DNA from: Octopus vulgaris
Lineage: Eukaryota
Direction: 5' to 3'
Assembly: GCA_951406725.2 (NCBI GenBank)
Contig: OX597831.1
Location: 1,054,001-1,118,000, forward strand
DNA length: 64,000 nucleotides
The translations under genes and the position numbers were made by a program. Below are positions 12,771 through 28,544 of the stretch, piece after piece. The first letter of the stretch is position 1, and each line of letters opens with the position of its first letter. The notes under the pieces were generated by a model, which saw only the letters and a program-made list of their open reading frames with translations, was not told where the DNA came from and searched no databases.

Positions 12771-14292
12771 AACACTTTATGAACTTGCATTTGATCCCAA
12801 TCAGATCAGTAAGTATTCAAGAACTGCCTTAAAAAAAAAAGACCAGGAGCTCAAGGACATTAGTGATGGCTCACATTAGTGAAAACTCTGTTGATACAAT
12901 TTGTAAAATAAGTTCAATGTTGAGCAAACCTAAGATCAAATTCATTCCAGCTGTAACCATCCTAGCATTCAGTTGGACACAGCAAATCTTGAACTACATT
13001 ACGCAGTATGTCTTTCCTTTTCTAAGAGAGTAGGGTATGATTTTCAAGACATCTGGCTGCTATTGTGTATCAGTGCGAGCCTTCCTGTCTTTTTATTCAG
13101 ACAATACGTCTAGGATTAAACTATGCTGTATTTAAGACATTAAGTTATTATCTGAGGGAGATTTAAGGTAGAATTGTTAGAGAGCTTGCAGAATTGTTAG
13201 CAGGCCAGACAAAATGCTTAGTGGCACTTGTTCATCTTTATGTTCTCAGTTCAAATTCTGTCGAGATTGACTTTATCTTTCATCCTTTCACGGTTGGTAA
13301 AATAAGTATCAGTTGAGCACTCCTACTAAATTTCAGACCTTGTGCCTATAGTAGAAAAGATTATTTGAGGGAGATTTGGATGCTATTTCTAGCAGATTGT
13401 CCAGTCATACATAATGGTTCCTTCTAAAATTGTGTTGTTGGATGAGGTGGATATGGATGTTTTGGCACCATAAACGAACATTTATTCCTAAGAACACATA
13501 TATATATAAACACATCTCTTTCTCTCACACACACACATACATTCACAGACACAAACATATAAACATAAATAACACACAATAGTGAGCCCTCCACCTCTAC
13601 ACATAAATTCACAAACACACAAGCTAAGAAAACTGTTACATGGTCATTTGACTGGCTAAAAGAAGCAACCAAATTTCCTACAAATTACATCTTACCATCA
13701 TTTAAAACTGAATGACATATTGGACAGTGTAGACCTAGATACACAATACCTAAAAAAGACAAGATGGCCTTAATCAAAATGCCTTTAAACATAGGTTCAC
13801 TCAGTCAGTACTAATGTAGGGTTAAGGAACAACAACAACACACACACAAACTCTCTTTCTCACATACACTCCTGCTGTGATAAACACACGTTTAAAATCA
13901 CTCTCACATGGACATATACACACACATACTTGCCCATAAAGAGATACACATATATATACATGAAGATGAGCAGTAACAGGGTTTTACAAGAAGTAATTAC
14001 CAGAAATAAATAATATAAAAGAAAAAAATCCCCAAACCCAGTTTTCAGCTAATGTGACACTGCTAAAAATATTGCGTATCCCTGGCGCAGTATCTTTCAG
14101 CACCTGTTAAACCAGTAGCTTGTGTGAGTGTATGCCATTACTAAATATAGGTGTGGGTTAGGGTTAGAGTTAGCATTCAGATTAATTACAAAACTGAATC
14201 GTTAGTGCAATTTTATTGATTAACATTGTAACAATTACTCCCTGTTTTAAATGTGTGTGCAAATACAAGCATGTAAATTTGTGTGCATGTGC

Positions 14293-14323
<31 letters not shown>

Positions 14324-14595
14324 TCTGTATAAGTTTGCATGTATGTGTGAATATACATATATATGGATACATGCATGTATGTTTATGTGTATGTATGTAT
14401 GTACGTCTGTCTGTGTTTGCATCTGTATTAGTATGTATGCAGCACCGGACATTCCTCAGAGTTAACCTGCAAGAGATAATTAACCCTTTTGATATCAACT
14501 TGCCTGAGACCATCCCTGGTTCTACGATATATCTTCTCATTTTAAATTAAAACCTATCCTCAAAATTCCTTGTTAAGTTATGTCCCAGACATCAG

Positions 14596-14747
14596 ATCTT
14601 AAACTGTGGTGACAGTGGTGAATCACATGACATATCTTAAACTATAATGATGTTGATGAATCTTATGACATGTCTTACACTGTAGTGATAGTGGGGAATC
14701 TTATCCCATTTTTTAAACTGTAATGATAGTGGTGAATCTTATAATCC
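14596..14747. repeat. 38-bp degenerate tandem repeat, 4 copies
   Basis: atcttaaactgtggtgacagtggtgaatcacatgacat-like units at 14596, 14634, 14672 and about 14710. Confidence 0.8.
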
Positions 14748-15929
14748 ACTTACTCAAAGATCCATAACTGTCCCTGCAAAGTGAACCTTTAAATGTGGTG
14801 ACAGCCACAAGTCTCAGAGCCACCCTGTCTCCAAGGAGTTTATATCACAAAACAAGACAAACTGACAGAACGCTAAGAAAACCTATCGCTCCAAGCTGTA
14901 ATAATAGCTAAAGTTGGAGTTGGTCATCATGTGCAAGTATGGCTAAGTAACAAGTACTATGCTTTGGCTAATTACTTTAGGTGCCTATGTAGTCATAAGC
15001 CAACATAAATACCCTGGTACTTTTGACAACTGGAGGGAGTGAATCAGGGAGTGAATCAGCAACTGATTGGTATTTATTCACAATTGAGTAGATTGAAGCA
15101 ATATGAAATGAAGTGTCTTGCTCAAGGACACAACATGCCATTTAGCCTAAGAATTGAACACACAACCTTATGATAATGAACCAAACACACCCCAACCACT
15201 AGGCCACACTCCTGAACGTTTGCTTCTCAACCATGTAGGTTTAGTGTCAGTCTCACTGCATGGTACCTTGGGCAGGTGTTTTTTATGCAATAGCTGCTTT
15301 GTAATTGAGTGGTAGAGGGTAACTTAAAGATGCCATTTGTAAGTGCATATATACATACATGCATGTCTGCATGTGTATATATATATACATGAGTGTGTGT
15401 GTGTGTGTGGTGTTATTGTCCTTTCTCCTCCCAACAAGTCATCTGATCACTTAGTTCCCTCATAGATGTGTGAAATATGAGATTCCTTATTTGAAAGATG
15501 GAAAAAAGTTAGCAACAGGAAGGGAGACTGACTGTAAAACAATGCTCCAAAAAAATATTCATCAAACCCATGCTAGCTTGAAATAGCAGACGTAAAACAG
15601 ATGAACAAATAATGATATTAATAATGGTTTCCAGTTTAGGCATAAGGCCAGCAATTTTGATAGGGTGGTTTAGTTGATAGTGTTTATCACACCACCTGAC
15701 TGGTACTTTATTTTATCATCCCTAGAGTGATGAAAGGCAAAGTTCATCTCTCTCAGTGGAATTTGAACTCAGAACCTAAAGTGTTAGAACAAATACTTTA
15801 TGGTATTTTGTTCGATGCTCTATTGAATGACTTCTAATTTTGACACAAGGCCACAATAACCATAATCTTCATTATTATTGTTGTTGTTGTTGTTGTTGTT
15901 GTTATTGTTATTATCATTATTATTATTAT

Positions 15930-16364
15930 TATTTTTTTTTTTTTATTTTCGTCTTCTTTCAATTCTGTTTCCATTTCTTGCCAAGTGTCTTCCTGACACC
16001 TAGGGCAGAGAAACGCCCTGTATACATTGGTAGGCCTCTAAAATAAACACACCACATTGTTCATTTACAAAGTCATGTGATAGAGAAAAAGGAGAAGAAA
16101 GACAGGGAGAAAAAGGGAAAAATAAAGAATAAAACAGTAAGCAAAGGAAATAAAGGGAAAAAAGGAAAGAGAATTCACAGTGACAATGCTCTTCTCAGTA
16201 CGCATGCTGCACCAGTTAAGACAATCTTTTGCACTTCCTGCATGGATGGTAAGCCAGGGATCATTCTTAAATAATTGTCAGTTCTTTTTTTTGATCATTC
16301 CAAGTGTTCCTACAATCACTGATATTGTAACCATTTTGAGATGCCACATCTTTTCAATTTCGAT
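15930..16364 (-). mobile_element. 5'-truncated R4/Dong-clade non-LTR retrotransposon (RLE C-terminus and 3' UTR) inside trinucleotide repeats
   Basis: Encodes IEIEKMWHLKMVTISVIVGTLGMIKK/RTDNYLRMIPGLPSMQEVQKIVLTGAACVLRRALSL*, with one frameshift in an A8 run and the stop at 16175-16177. The 3' end runs into poly(A), then (TAA)n. Confidence 0.85.
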
Positions 16365-16394
16365 GATGATGATGATGATGATTATTATTATTAT

Positions 16395-16485
16395 TCTATG
16401 TTTAACTTTTGCTTTACATTTGCACAAGCTGGCTCCAAGTCTCACCCAGAGACCTCAAGAGACAACAAGTTAGAAGTTCGTGTTG
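16395..16485 (-). mobile_element. Second R4/Dong-like 3' UTR fragment
   Basis: ttgtctcttgaggtctctgggtgagacttggagcc...aaacatagaataataat ends directly in (TAA)n. Confidence 0.5.
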
Positions 16486-16505
16486 GTGGTGTTGTTGTTG
16501 TTGTT

Positions 16506-16577
<72 letters not shown>

Positions 16578-16579
<2 letters not shown>

Positions 16580-16795
16580 GGTGGTGAGTTAACAGAATCA
16601 TTAGCACACTGGGCAAAATTCTTAGTGACATTTCATCCATTTTCACGTTCTGAGTTCAAATTCTGCTGAGGTTGACTTTGCCTTTCATCCTTTCACAGTC
16701 AATAAAATAAGTACCAGTTGAACACTGAGGCTGATTTAATTGACTAAGTCCCTCCCTCAAATTTTTGGCCTTGTGCCAAAATTTGAAACTATTAT
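16578..16795 (+). mobile_element. SINE family D (Meta/MESC-like central domain)
   Basis: Core gttgactttgcctttcatcctttc...ataaaataagtaccag, flanked by (ATT)n. Confidence 0.8.
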
Positions 16796-16798
16796 TAA

Positions 16799-16854
<56 letters not shown>

Positions 16855-17228
16855 TTGTAGTTGATTTCCCTACTTAACTGCTACTCAAGATGTGATCTCT
16901 GGGATAGTTTGGGTGTCATGATGATAATGATAGTAACAATGATGATTATGATGATGATGATGATGATCATGAATGATGACGACGACAATGATGACGATGA
17001 TGCTGCTGCTGATTACATCAGTTTTTACCATGGTTGATTTGTCTTTTGACCACATGGGGGTTGATAAAATTGACTAAACACCTTCAAGGCATTGCTCCAG
17101 CATGACTACAATCCAGTAACCAAAGCTGATAAAAGAAATACACCTAATGTAATATGTATGGAGAGAGAGAGAAAGAAAGAATCACTCACACACATGTGTG
17201 TTTGTATATATATATATATATATATATA

Positions 17229-17484
17229 TCATCTTCACCTTGACTGACCAGTCCGTCAGGCGTCCATTTGACACCGCTGGTCACAGCACGCTGTCCACTC
17301 CTCTCTGGATCACACCTTTCTCATCCACGTGATCCCAATCGTCCTCCTGAAATCATAACTCCACCATCGTGGAGGTCTTCCGAGTGGTCTTTTCCGCTCG
17401 CGCAGGTACCACTCGACAACTGCGTGGATCCACCGATTATCGGTGAGCTGGGTGACATGTCCAGCCCATCTATACTTGCTGCAT
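17229..17484 (-). mobile_element. RTE LINE 3' end (distinct subfamily)
   Basis: Encodes KYRWAGHVTQLTDNRWIHAVVEWYLRERKRPLGRPPRWW, the classic RTE C-terminus, and ends in GAAGATGAT next to (TA)n. Confidence 0.9.
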
Positions 17485-17992
17485 GTATATATCAGACAGA
17501 GAAAAGGAGGATAGAAAAAGTGAACCATACAAATATAGAAGAGATAAATTCAGAGAGAATGAATGAGAGGGAGAGAAAGAATTAAAAAAGGAAATTAAAG
17601 AGGAAAAGACAGAAACACACACACACACACACACACATACACAAACACACACACATACATCTATAAGCATATAAACATGAACAAGGTAAGGAAAAATAGT
17701 ACTCGAATACTGGAGGTAGAGTAATATGCTTTATCATTAAAGTTGCAAAAATATCGTGATCCAGAATGGATATTCTTGTGATGTTTTTGCAGGTTTCCTT
17801 CAGTTTCCGTCTACCAAATCCACCCACAAGGCTTTGGTCGGCCAGAGGCTATAGTAGAAGACACTTGCCCAAGGTGCCATACAATATATATATATATATA
17901 TATTTGAAAAAGGCAGACATATATAGGGGGGGAAACAGTCCAGAACATATAAAGGGAGACATCAAGGGAGAGAATAAGAGAGAGTGAGAAAA

Positions 17993-18023
<31 letters not shown>

Positions 18024-18109
18024 CAAGCATGTGATAAAGTGAGACTGTGAGAGTAAGAGATACAGAGAAAGCATATATGTGAGAAACAGAGTGTAGGTGA
18101 GACAGACAG

Positions 18110-19120
<1,011 letters not shown>

Positions 19121-19210
19121 GAAAGTGTGTATATACAAGAGAAAGGTAGAAAGTGCGTATGAGTGAGAAAGATTCAGAGAGACTGTGTGTGAAAAAGGGC
19201 AGACAGAAAG

Positions 19211-19261
<51 letters not shown>

Positions 19262-20646
19262 GTACATGAGAGAGAGAGAGAGAGAGAGAGATAGTGAATG
19301 TATTTGTATAGGAGGGACAGAGAAAGTGTGCAAGAGAAAAAGAAAAGTGCACCAACCAACTAACACGGAGGGAGAAGTGCCAGATATAAAATGCAATATT
19401 AATTTTTCATATGTCTTGGGTAAACTAACATTTTTTAACTCATGAATAATAGAGAAACGTAATTACTTGATGGTAGGTGGTGGTCGTGTGGTGTGGTGGT
19501 AGTGGTGGTGGTATTGAAGGGCGTGTGACGGCCGGTCCTGTTAGTAGCAATAATGTGTGAGGTTGTTTGTTATGGTGATGTTAACTGTTGTAGTCTAGCT
19601 CCAGGCCAGCCTTAATCAAGCAGACCTATGGTCAAAGATATTCCAACCATGACCACTCAGTCTTTTTTCCAATGTGCAGGGAACTAAAGGCCCTATTATC
19701 AATGCTCTTTCATTTTAAGATGACAGAATGCAATCTGAGGGAGATTCGGCTGCATATTTCAGCAGGTCAAGCAATTATGTGGAGGCTCCTTTTATAAGCT
19801 CATGGTGGCAGTAATGGGTGGTATGAAGGAGGTAGTCATGAAAGAAATGGGAGGCAGGGTGGTGGAGTGTCTGACCATTATGAGGGTGGTGGTGCAAGCC
19901 GGTTGTCCATGATAGTGGTGGTGTGGAGTGGTGATGATATAAGTCCAGAAGGCAAAGTGATAGTGATGATGATGGGGTGTTATAGTGGTGATGTTAGTGG
20001 TAACATTATGGAATGGTAGTTCATGATGGTGATGGAGGTAATGGAATGGCTGGCTTTGTTGTTGTTGTTTAATCCTGACCATTAGACTTACCATTAAAGG
20101 CCTTTCAGCCCTGAGAATTCCTTCTTTTTCCTGGTTAGCATATATCTACAATAATATCAGTATCCCAATGTGTTACATTAAAAAAAAAGAAAAACAACAA
20201 AAAAAACAGTAGGTTGCGATATAAGGAATATTTGGCTGCTATTTTTAGCATGTTGAGCAACCACGCAGCAACTCCCACATTGGTCAAAATGGTAATGGTA
20301 GTGGTGTCATATAGGGGTGGCAAGCAATAAAATTGATAGTGGATAGTGGTATTGGTATGAGGAGGTATTTAAAATGACAGCAGTGGGGGTGGATGGGAGG
20401 GAACGGACAAATATCAATGTCTTGCTTATTGGACATGCAGACATACATAAATATATATTAATGGTGCTTGATAAATAAACAAGCATAGCTGTATATCTTA
20501 GAAAAGACAGTGCCAACATACTTAATGTTTAGAGAGAAGGAAATTTAATTAATTAAAACTACATATATAGTGAGGAGAGAAATCCATTAGCTTAATGATA
20601 AATTCTGATTAACAAAGTAAAGCAAGGGAGATAACCTTAAAGTTTA

Positions 20647-20672
<26 letters not shown>

Positions 20673-20687
<15 letters not shown>

Positions 20688-21963
20688 ATGTATGTATAAA
20701 ACAGAGTTTGTGTGTGTGTGTGTGTTTTCCTTATGGTTTCAAAAACTGAGTTGCCGATTTTGACATATCAAAAGATTCAGTAATCTTTTGCCTACCAAAT
20801 AAAGTACGTTTTTTGCACAATAACTTTTTTCTACTACAAAAATAACCTCGCAATCGAGGCCGGATCACACAATTTTGAGGTCTTTAGCTAAGGGATGCAA
20901 CTCTGCGTCAATAATCTTTATGTCTTAGATAGAGCAAAGTGAGAAAATGTTTAAAATACATGGAGTTTTACCAGAGAATGAAACTTCGAAGATATACCAT
21001 CAACTTTATTAGTATTATTTAGTAGATAATCTTTTAATGTGAAGTATGTTTGTGTTTTGTTTAGCCCATAGTTGCCTCTGATCTTGCAGACCCATCGCAT
21101 ACTTTTTTCTTCCTGAAATATTGTAAATCTGTGTCTTTCTTTTGATGAAAGGGTGTGTTTTAACAGAGATTTGGCTGCTATTTGTAGTAGCTCAATTTAC
21201 CACAGAGACACCTGTGTGTGTGCATGTGTTTTGTTGTGGTGAAAAACCACTTTTTCCCAGAATATTTTGCACAATAATTGTTTAAGTAATCTGGACATCT
21301 TTCTTACTGCTAACCGTTCAACTTCAAATTACAATTTTTAATTGTTGGAAGTACTCTGAGATGTACATATAGTGTCATCGTATAGAGTGGAAGTTTTGAA
21401 CTCATTATCTTGTGGTTAGTAATCCATTACCTTAAATTTGAAGCCATTAAGTATTTAAACATTATTTTACCGGGTTTAGTCTTTTGACTGTCACCATGAT
21501 GGGGTATCACCTTCAAAAATTTAATTGATCATACTGACCTCAGTACGTATTTCAATCTGGCATTTATTTTATAGATCTCTGCTTGATGAACTGCTAACTT
21601 TTAGACATACAGGGACACAATACTCGATTTAACAAAAAAATGTAAACACACACACACACACATTAGGTGCAAGAATGACTGAGTGGTTGAGAAGTTTGCT
21701 TCCCAACCACATGGTTCTATGTTCAGTCCCTCTTGGGCAAGTGTTTTCTACTATAGCCCTAGGCCAACTATAGGCTTGTGACTGAATTTGGTAGATGGAA
21801 ACTGCAGTGTTGTTCATCAGAAAATGACTGAAAAACACCTTTATAAAGAAGAGTCGTTTGCTTCATACTCCTAGTGTGCCAATTTTACCCATAAGAAAGG
21901 AACAAATAATACAATGTGGCTGTAGGTCATAACACCCGAGCAATGCTGGGGTGCATTGCCTGT
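20673..21963 (+). mobile_element. Possible non-autonomous Helitron with nested SINE fragments
   Basis: 5' TCTATATA...AAAACAGAGTTTGTGTGTG...CCGATTTTGAC. The 3' end has a hairpin-like ACCCGAGCAATGCTGGGGT followed by a degenerate CTRR (GCCTGT). Confidence 0.4.
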
Positions 21964-24901
21964 ATAAAATAAAAATCAATTAAAAATAGACCGTGGGCAG
22001 AGAGTCTGTCCTTTAGTAACTACAGTAACTGTCCTTTAGTAACAACATTGGTAATATTTTAGCCTAATTAAACTTGTAATATGAAGTATATTGCTGCAAA
22101 ATATCAGACTCACTACCTGTTACAATCTTACATTCTATATTTAATTTATATTTTGGAGTTGTCACCCCTATATTTTTTGACTAGAATTAATTTCATTAAG
22201 CTGATGCACTTTTTTTCTTTTCACACAGGGGTAATTCTTAATTCTAGATATTTTTATGAATACATAAACTGAAGTATAAATAGAAGTTTTAGAAAATATA
22301 CACAACTAATCTATCTATTTGAGTGAAAGTATACACCATACAATTAATACCAATATGAGAAAAATACATTACTATAAAGCAGTCACAGGCAACCTGCAGG
22401 ACTTTCTCAATAGCACACCTAACACAAAAATTACCTTTAATTTTCTTAGTAGTGCAGCTTGGCAGATGATGAACAATGTTTCATGCAACTTACTTCTTGT
22501 AAAAGGCTCCCCATGCCAAGGCCACCCCTTGTGACTCTCTGCATGGAGAATTTACAGGATCTTTAAAAAACACACTATTGTGGGTTCTTACATCATTGTT
22601 CAAGCCCTTAAGAGTAAATGAAAAGCTCACAAATAACTGGTTAATGAGGCTCAATATGGTCACTCTGCTTGATAATAGTCAAGAGAGTAAGGGCAGAACC
22701 CCATTTTTGAAAAAGCCTTTGGGAGGAAAGAATTAAAAATATTATGGGATGCTGTATTACAAAACAGTATATTTATCTATGGAGTTGCATCCTGGTTCAA
22801 ATGCTTGCAACAGGCTGGACTGCTCCAAAGGCATTCAGGGCTCAAATGCTAGCATTAAACCAAGTAAAAGATTAGGCCTGTTATCTAAGGGATTTCACAA
22901 TGTCTGTCTAACATAATTTACTGACAAAGCTTGGATATCTATGAGGCTATGGATGGGGGAGGGGGGGGGGCAATTGCCCAAGATGCTGCACAGTGGTACC
23001 AAACCCGAAACCACATGATTATGAAGCAAACTTCTCATTGGCTGTTAATCTGACGTACTACTGACAATAGTTAACTGTGGTTCCCTTAGCATGGGAGGTT
23101 GGGCATTAAAGTAATAATGATAAGATGATGATGATGACAGTTAATATAAGAGAAGAAAAAAATTGAAGCTCTAACACTTGTGAATCAAAGGGTAGACAAA
23201 GCTAAGCCGATATCTATCATTGCAGCAGTACAGGAAACAGATAAACTACACATCTAACAACAATGGTTTAGTTCTTAACAACATGACATAGACATTTTTT
23301 AATTAGACAGGCTTTGGTGATTGGGCAATGTGCCAAAGAGATGAAGTTTTATTTGCTATTTGGTCCAGGTTATGGGGAACGAAGGGGGAAATGTGGTCTG
23401 GATGGCTGGCTTGACAGAATCTCAATAGATGAAGTATGCAATTACTGGACCAGATCATATGACTAAAAGTGAGGACAATAATTCATCAATAATTCATCAT
23501 CATTCTCATCATCATCACCACAATAATCTTGATGGTGATTATCATCATCATTATCTTCACCATAACCATCACGATCACAGTCATAATCATCACCATCATC
23601 CCTGCAAACATATTGAGAGTGCACTATCATCATCATCACTATCATCTGCATTATGATCAGCTACAATAACAAAACTGAATTGAATGGTCCTGAGAAACAG
23701 CTGCAATGTCATCAGTTTAATATCCGCTTCACCACCTTCCTCTCTGGAATGGGTAAAGAAAGTCTTCAATACAGCTTCTTTCTCTCTCTCTCTCTTGCTC
23801 TCTTTCTCTCTGAATATCTGAGTCTCTGCCTTGCATTATTTCATCTCTGAAGTCTCATAACTTCTGATGTCTACTCCAATCTACTGACTCATTTCATGTG
23901 TCCTTCGCCCAACTTTTAAACAACAACAGCAGCCACCACCACCACCACTGCTGCCTCTGCCACCACCACCACCACCACCACCACTACCACTAATGTCATC
24001 ACCACCACCACTAATATTATCACCTCACCACCACAACTACTATTAACATTGCCATCACATTCCCACCTCCCGGTTATTGTATATTGCAATTTGTCCTCAT
24101 ATAAGCCTTGACTAATCAGAATTATGATCAAAGACATTCCATCTGTGACCATCCCATTCATTTTTCCCCAGACATAATGTATCCAAGACTTATAACATCC
24201 TATATAAACTAATGAGGGTGAGATGGGGGCTCTGCATAGTCACTCAACCAGATTGTAATAGCAATTAAATCAGTCTGAAACCACACACTACAGTATTATA
24301 TGACACACTGGATACTGCTGTCTGAAGTACTTTATTCTGGATGAAAAAAATACAGTATGGCCATAACTGGAACAGCTTTGGATCACAGATTTGGAATGAC
24401 CTGGGACTACACAAAAACAGCTTAATGACCCAGTGTCTCACTATTTAAAGATGGCTGTGTGTGATTTTCAGTGATATATTGGCAGTTACTTTTAGCAGTT
24501 TGAGTTATTACATAGAAGTTCCCTCATGAGCAGAAAACTCTAAATGTCATGTAGGTTGGGATCCAATTCAGGTAACAATTTGTGCCTCATTTACCTAAAA
24601 GCATGTCAAAACAAAGAAGGTCACTTTCACACTTTCAGAGTATAGAAAAAAAAATGATGCTACAAACCAAGGGAATCTATGTAGTTGCTTAACTTGCTAA
24701 AAATAGCAGCCAAGTTACATTCAAATCCTAACCTGCTATCTTAAGATAGGATACATTGCATAATGTAGTTCTAGATACACTAAAAACACCCTTTTTCTTG
24801 ATATCAGCATGTACCATATCTCTGCTAATAGTTTTTCCCTATGTAGTTCTGAGCAGACACCATGCCCGATACAGTCACTTCTAATCTAGCAGAATATCCA
24901 G

Positions 24902-24950
<49 letters not shown>

Positions 24951-25169
24951 CCAACACAAACATGGGTTTTGTCCCTGAAAGGATAAAAGGCAAAGCGAGA
25001 TATGACCTCAGGGTGCAGAGAGCTGGAGTAAATATTGCAATGTATTTCATCCATTGTGCTAATGACTCTGCTAACTGAATGCATGTACACAATGTCTGAA
25101 ATAATATAGTTTTGGGTGGAGCACGTTTGATCATAAGCCTGATCAATGAGATCAGACAAAACAACAACA

Positions 25170-25388
25170 ATATTAGTTTCAAATTTTGGCACAAGGCCAG
25201 CAATTCGGAGGGAGGAGTAAGTCAATGACATTGACCCCAGTGTTCAAATGGTACTTAATCTATTGACCCTGAAAGGATGAAAGCCAAAGTAGACCCCAGC
25301 AGCATTTGAACTCAAAATGTAAAGCCAGTAGAAATACCACTAAGCAGTTTTTCTGGTATAGTAATGATCCTTCCAGCTCACTGCCTTA
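25170..25388 (-). mobile_element. SINE family D
   Basis: Reverse complement of the cctttcatcctttc...aagtacca core and the ggccttgtgccaaaatttgaaac tail. Confidence 0.75.
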
Positions 25389-25593
25389 AAAACAACAACA
25401 ATATTGACATTATTTTTACATCATCCAGCCAACCTCCTATATCTAACTTGAGTGCCACCAAAATTTTGTGTATTTAGACATTTCCTCTTATCCATATCTG
25501 TTAATCCATAACAAAGTTACCAAAAATTTAGGCAACAGATTGAATCTACTACCCAAGATTCTTCACTCCTCGTAGCAACTGGATATACTGAAC

Positions 25594-25794
25594 CAGTGCT
25601 TTTCAAACTTTTTGCTGGAGTGGAACCCCAAGGAAACATTCCACTGGCTCGGGGAACCCCTGTGCAATAATTTAATAGTCTTATGCACACATATCTGTAC
25701 AGGAGAATTAAAAATTACTGCCGATTTTAGCAGTTTTGTAACTTCTTGCGGAACCCCTGGACAGTACTGGCGGAACCCTGGTTGAAAACCACTG
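25594..25794. mobile_element. hAT (Charlie-like) MITE, 201 bp, 8-bp TSD TACTGAAC
   Basis: TIRs CAGTGCTTTTCAA / TTGAAAACCACTG. Perfect TSD at 25586-25593 and 25795-25802. Internal GGAACCC repeats. Confidence 0.92.
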
Positions 25795-26677
25795 TACTGA
25801 ACACTTCTAAATGTCACAAGTTATTTCATACAGCACCTTACTATTTGGGCTGCCCCTTAAAAATAATGTTAACAATAATAATGAAAAGGAAGGTCGAGAT
25901 GTCTAATTAGCATAGAAGATTTACAGGAATACAAAGAAGAGGAGAAACAGTCAGAACAGTAACAATAAGAGCAAAAACAACAAAAGTGGGAAGGAAGGAA
26001 AGAAGGAAGGAAAGAAAGGAGGAAGGAAGAAGGAAGGAAGAAGGCAAGTAGCATTAACAAAAGAAATGATAACAATAATAAATAGTATGGAAAACAGAAA
26101 GAACATAACAATCACCATCGACATCAACATCACCATTAGTGCCACTCCCAGCCCCTCATTCATTGTCATCATTAAGATGACAAAGAAGAAGAACAATAAC
26201 AACAGTAACAAAAAGGCAACAATCACATCTACACAACTAACAGAAACTGAAACAAACAACAACTATATCAGAAACATCACCACCAACACCACCACCACCA
26301 CAACATCAACAACAACAGCTATCACAATGACAATGGCAACAAGACAGTCACCAAAGAAAGACTATTGCATGCAAGATAATAGACTGTTGAAGCCAGACAA
26401 AAATGGCTGTTGCTGCCATCTCTATTGATCAATGTTTGACATTGATATTGAAATATGTCATCCAAAATTTAGTGACAAGAAATTGGGTTAGATTTTATAG
26501 ATAAAGATATATGTTGCTTCTGGTGGTGTCGTGCTAAAATGTTTAACCCTTTCAATACCAACAATACCAACCCATCTGCTGAGACCGACTTCTCGTAAAT
26601 ATATGTGTGGTTTTATATTTAAATTTATATTATATTTCATCATCATCATCATCATCATCGTAAAACGGATGTTAAAC

Positions 26678-26709
<32 letters not shown>

Positions 26710-28135
26710 CAATCAGAATCTCATTGCAACGGGAATAACGATGCAAGATTTCAGTTGGTCAGAGATGGGAGTCTTACTAATTGATGAAGGAGTGTCTGCA
26801 TGGTTGGATGACATGCTAGAAATAATAGTTAGTTGTTCCTCAAGCCACAGCTAAGTATGTTGGAACACACAGATGCACACACACATACACAGACTCATAC
26901 AGACACGCACATACACAATCATACAGGCACACACACACACATGTACACACTTGCACACATACATTAGGAAACATGGTCTTGGATGCACTGTACCAAGATA
27001 AGTGTTTGATGTGTTATAGCAGAAAAAAATCTTTAAGCCTGCTTGTTTAGAGCAGACTTGGAGCAACAGATCACCACAAACAATGCCTTGACAACAAGAG
27101 AAACAATAATCAATATATAAAGTTACAGATAGTTTACTAAATATTTTCTGAAAATTTTGTTATGCTGAAAATTAATTGCAACACACAGTCTTCAAAAATA
27201 TAATCACAAAATGGTTAAATTGAACTGTTACAAGAAAGTGATTTCGATGTGTATGGAGGGAATAGATGTTTAGATTGCTCTAGTTAAAGAATATTATGTA
27301 ACAGGTGGAATGGGGTAGATACATAGATGAATAGATAGATAGATAGATAGAGAGAGATAGAGAGAGGGAACAGAGAGAAAGAGAGAGAATCAGAGATATA
27401 CAGATAAATGGAGAGAGTGTGTGTGAGTGTGTGTGTGTGTGTGTGTGCACATCCCAAGAAAGGTAGTGAGCATGAAAGGGATACACATTTATGAAAATAA
27501 ATAAACAACAATGGCTAAACAAACATATAACTATATTGACACTCCTAATCAACTATCTGTGGCTGGTTGAAGAAAATGATAGGTAAAACCTGAAATCCCA
27601 GTCAATTTGATTTCTGCAATAAATTTGACTTTACTCTCAGGATAGAGCTGTGACATCAGTAGATATTCTATGGCTATTCTTAAATTAACTTTAAAATATT
27701 GGTTTCAAATTTTGGCACAAGGCCAGCGATTCTGGGTGAGTGAGTAGGTTGATTACATCAACCCCACTGCTTCACTTTTATTGGTGTCTGCAATGTCTCA
27801 AGAACTATTTCTTTTCAACCAGCAAGTTTCCTTAACTTAATTTTGTTAATAACCTTAATAACTCTACTGAATTAGCAGCAAGGACCAAGACAGCTGACCC
27901 CAACTTTTGATCCTACAGGTGATAGATCTTCATTATCCGATTCATATGTTTCAATAAACAATTCATGATAACAGTACTTCCATGCATTAGTCTTTATGTA
28001 ATCACTAAAGTAAAAGGGTAAATATATAATATAGCAAACCACTGCTGGGTATATCTCACTTCATGCATGAAAGTTTTTGAATTGTTCATGCTACAACACT
28101 AACTTGATGCTGACTGGGCACTTTGTCAGCCTTAA

Positions 28136-28369
28136 CTCTTTGAACCCACGAGCATGCTTTAGTGGTCGAATGCCACTTGACTATACCCCTTTGAAGATAC
28201 AAAAGTGGGTGGCCACATGGTTTTGTGTTTACGGCTGAAAACGATGTTTCTGTCAATTAGTGATTTCATTTGACAATATGACCGGAAGGTACAAAATGAT
28301 GAAGCCACGTGCTTTGCCTCTTCCAAGGATATAGTCAAATGAAATCGTGCCCTTAAGTAGTTCAAAGGA
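28136..28369. mobile_element. TTAA-flanked piggyBac-like MITE
   Basis: TTAA|CTCTTTGAAC ... GTTCAAAGGA|TTAA, plus subterminal inverted repeat TTGACTATA / TATAGTCAA. Confidence 0.65.
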
Positions 28370-28513
28370 TTAAGACTCATATTTTTGAAAGCTTAGTGGC
28401 CTCTATGTATATGCATGTGTGTGTGTGTGTGCATGTATATATATATCATCATTTAACGGCTGTTTTCCATGCTGGCATGAACTGAATTGCTGGCATGGGT
28501 TATATATATATAT

Positions 28514-28544
<31 letters not shown>

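Noticed and set aside
14155-14173. Telomeric TTAGGG repeats
   Set aside because: Only about three imperfect units, too short to call interstitial telomere.
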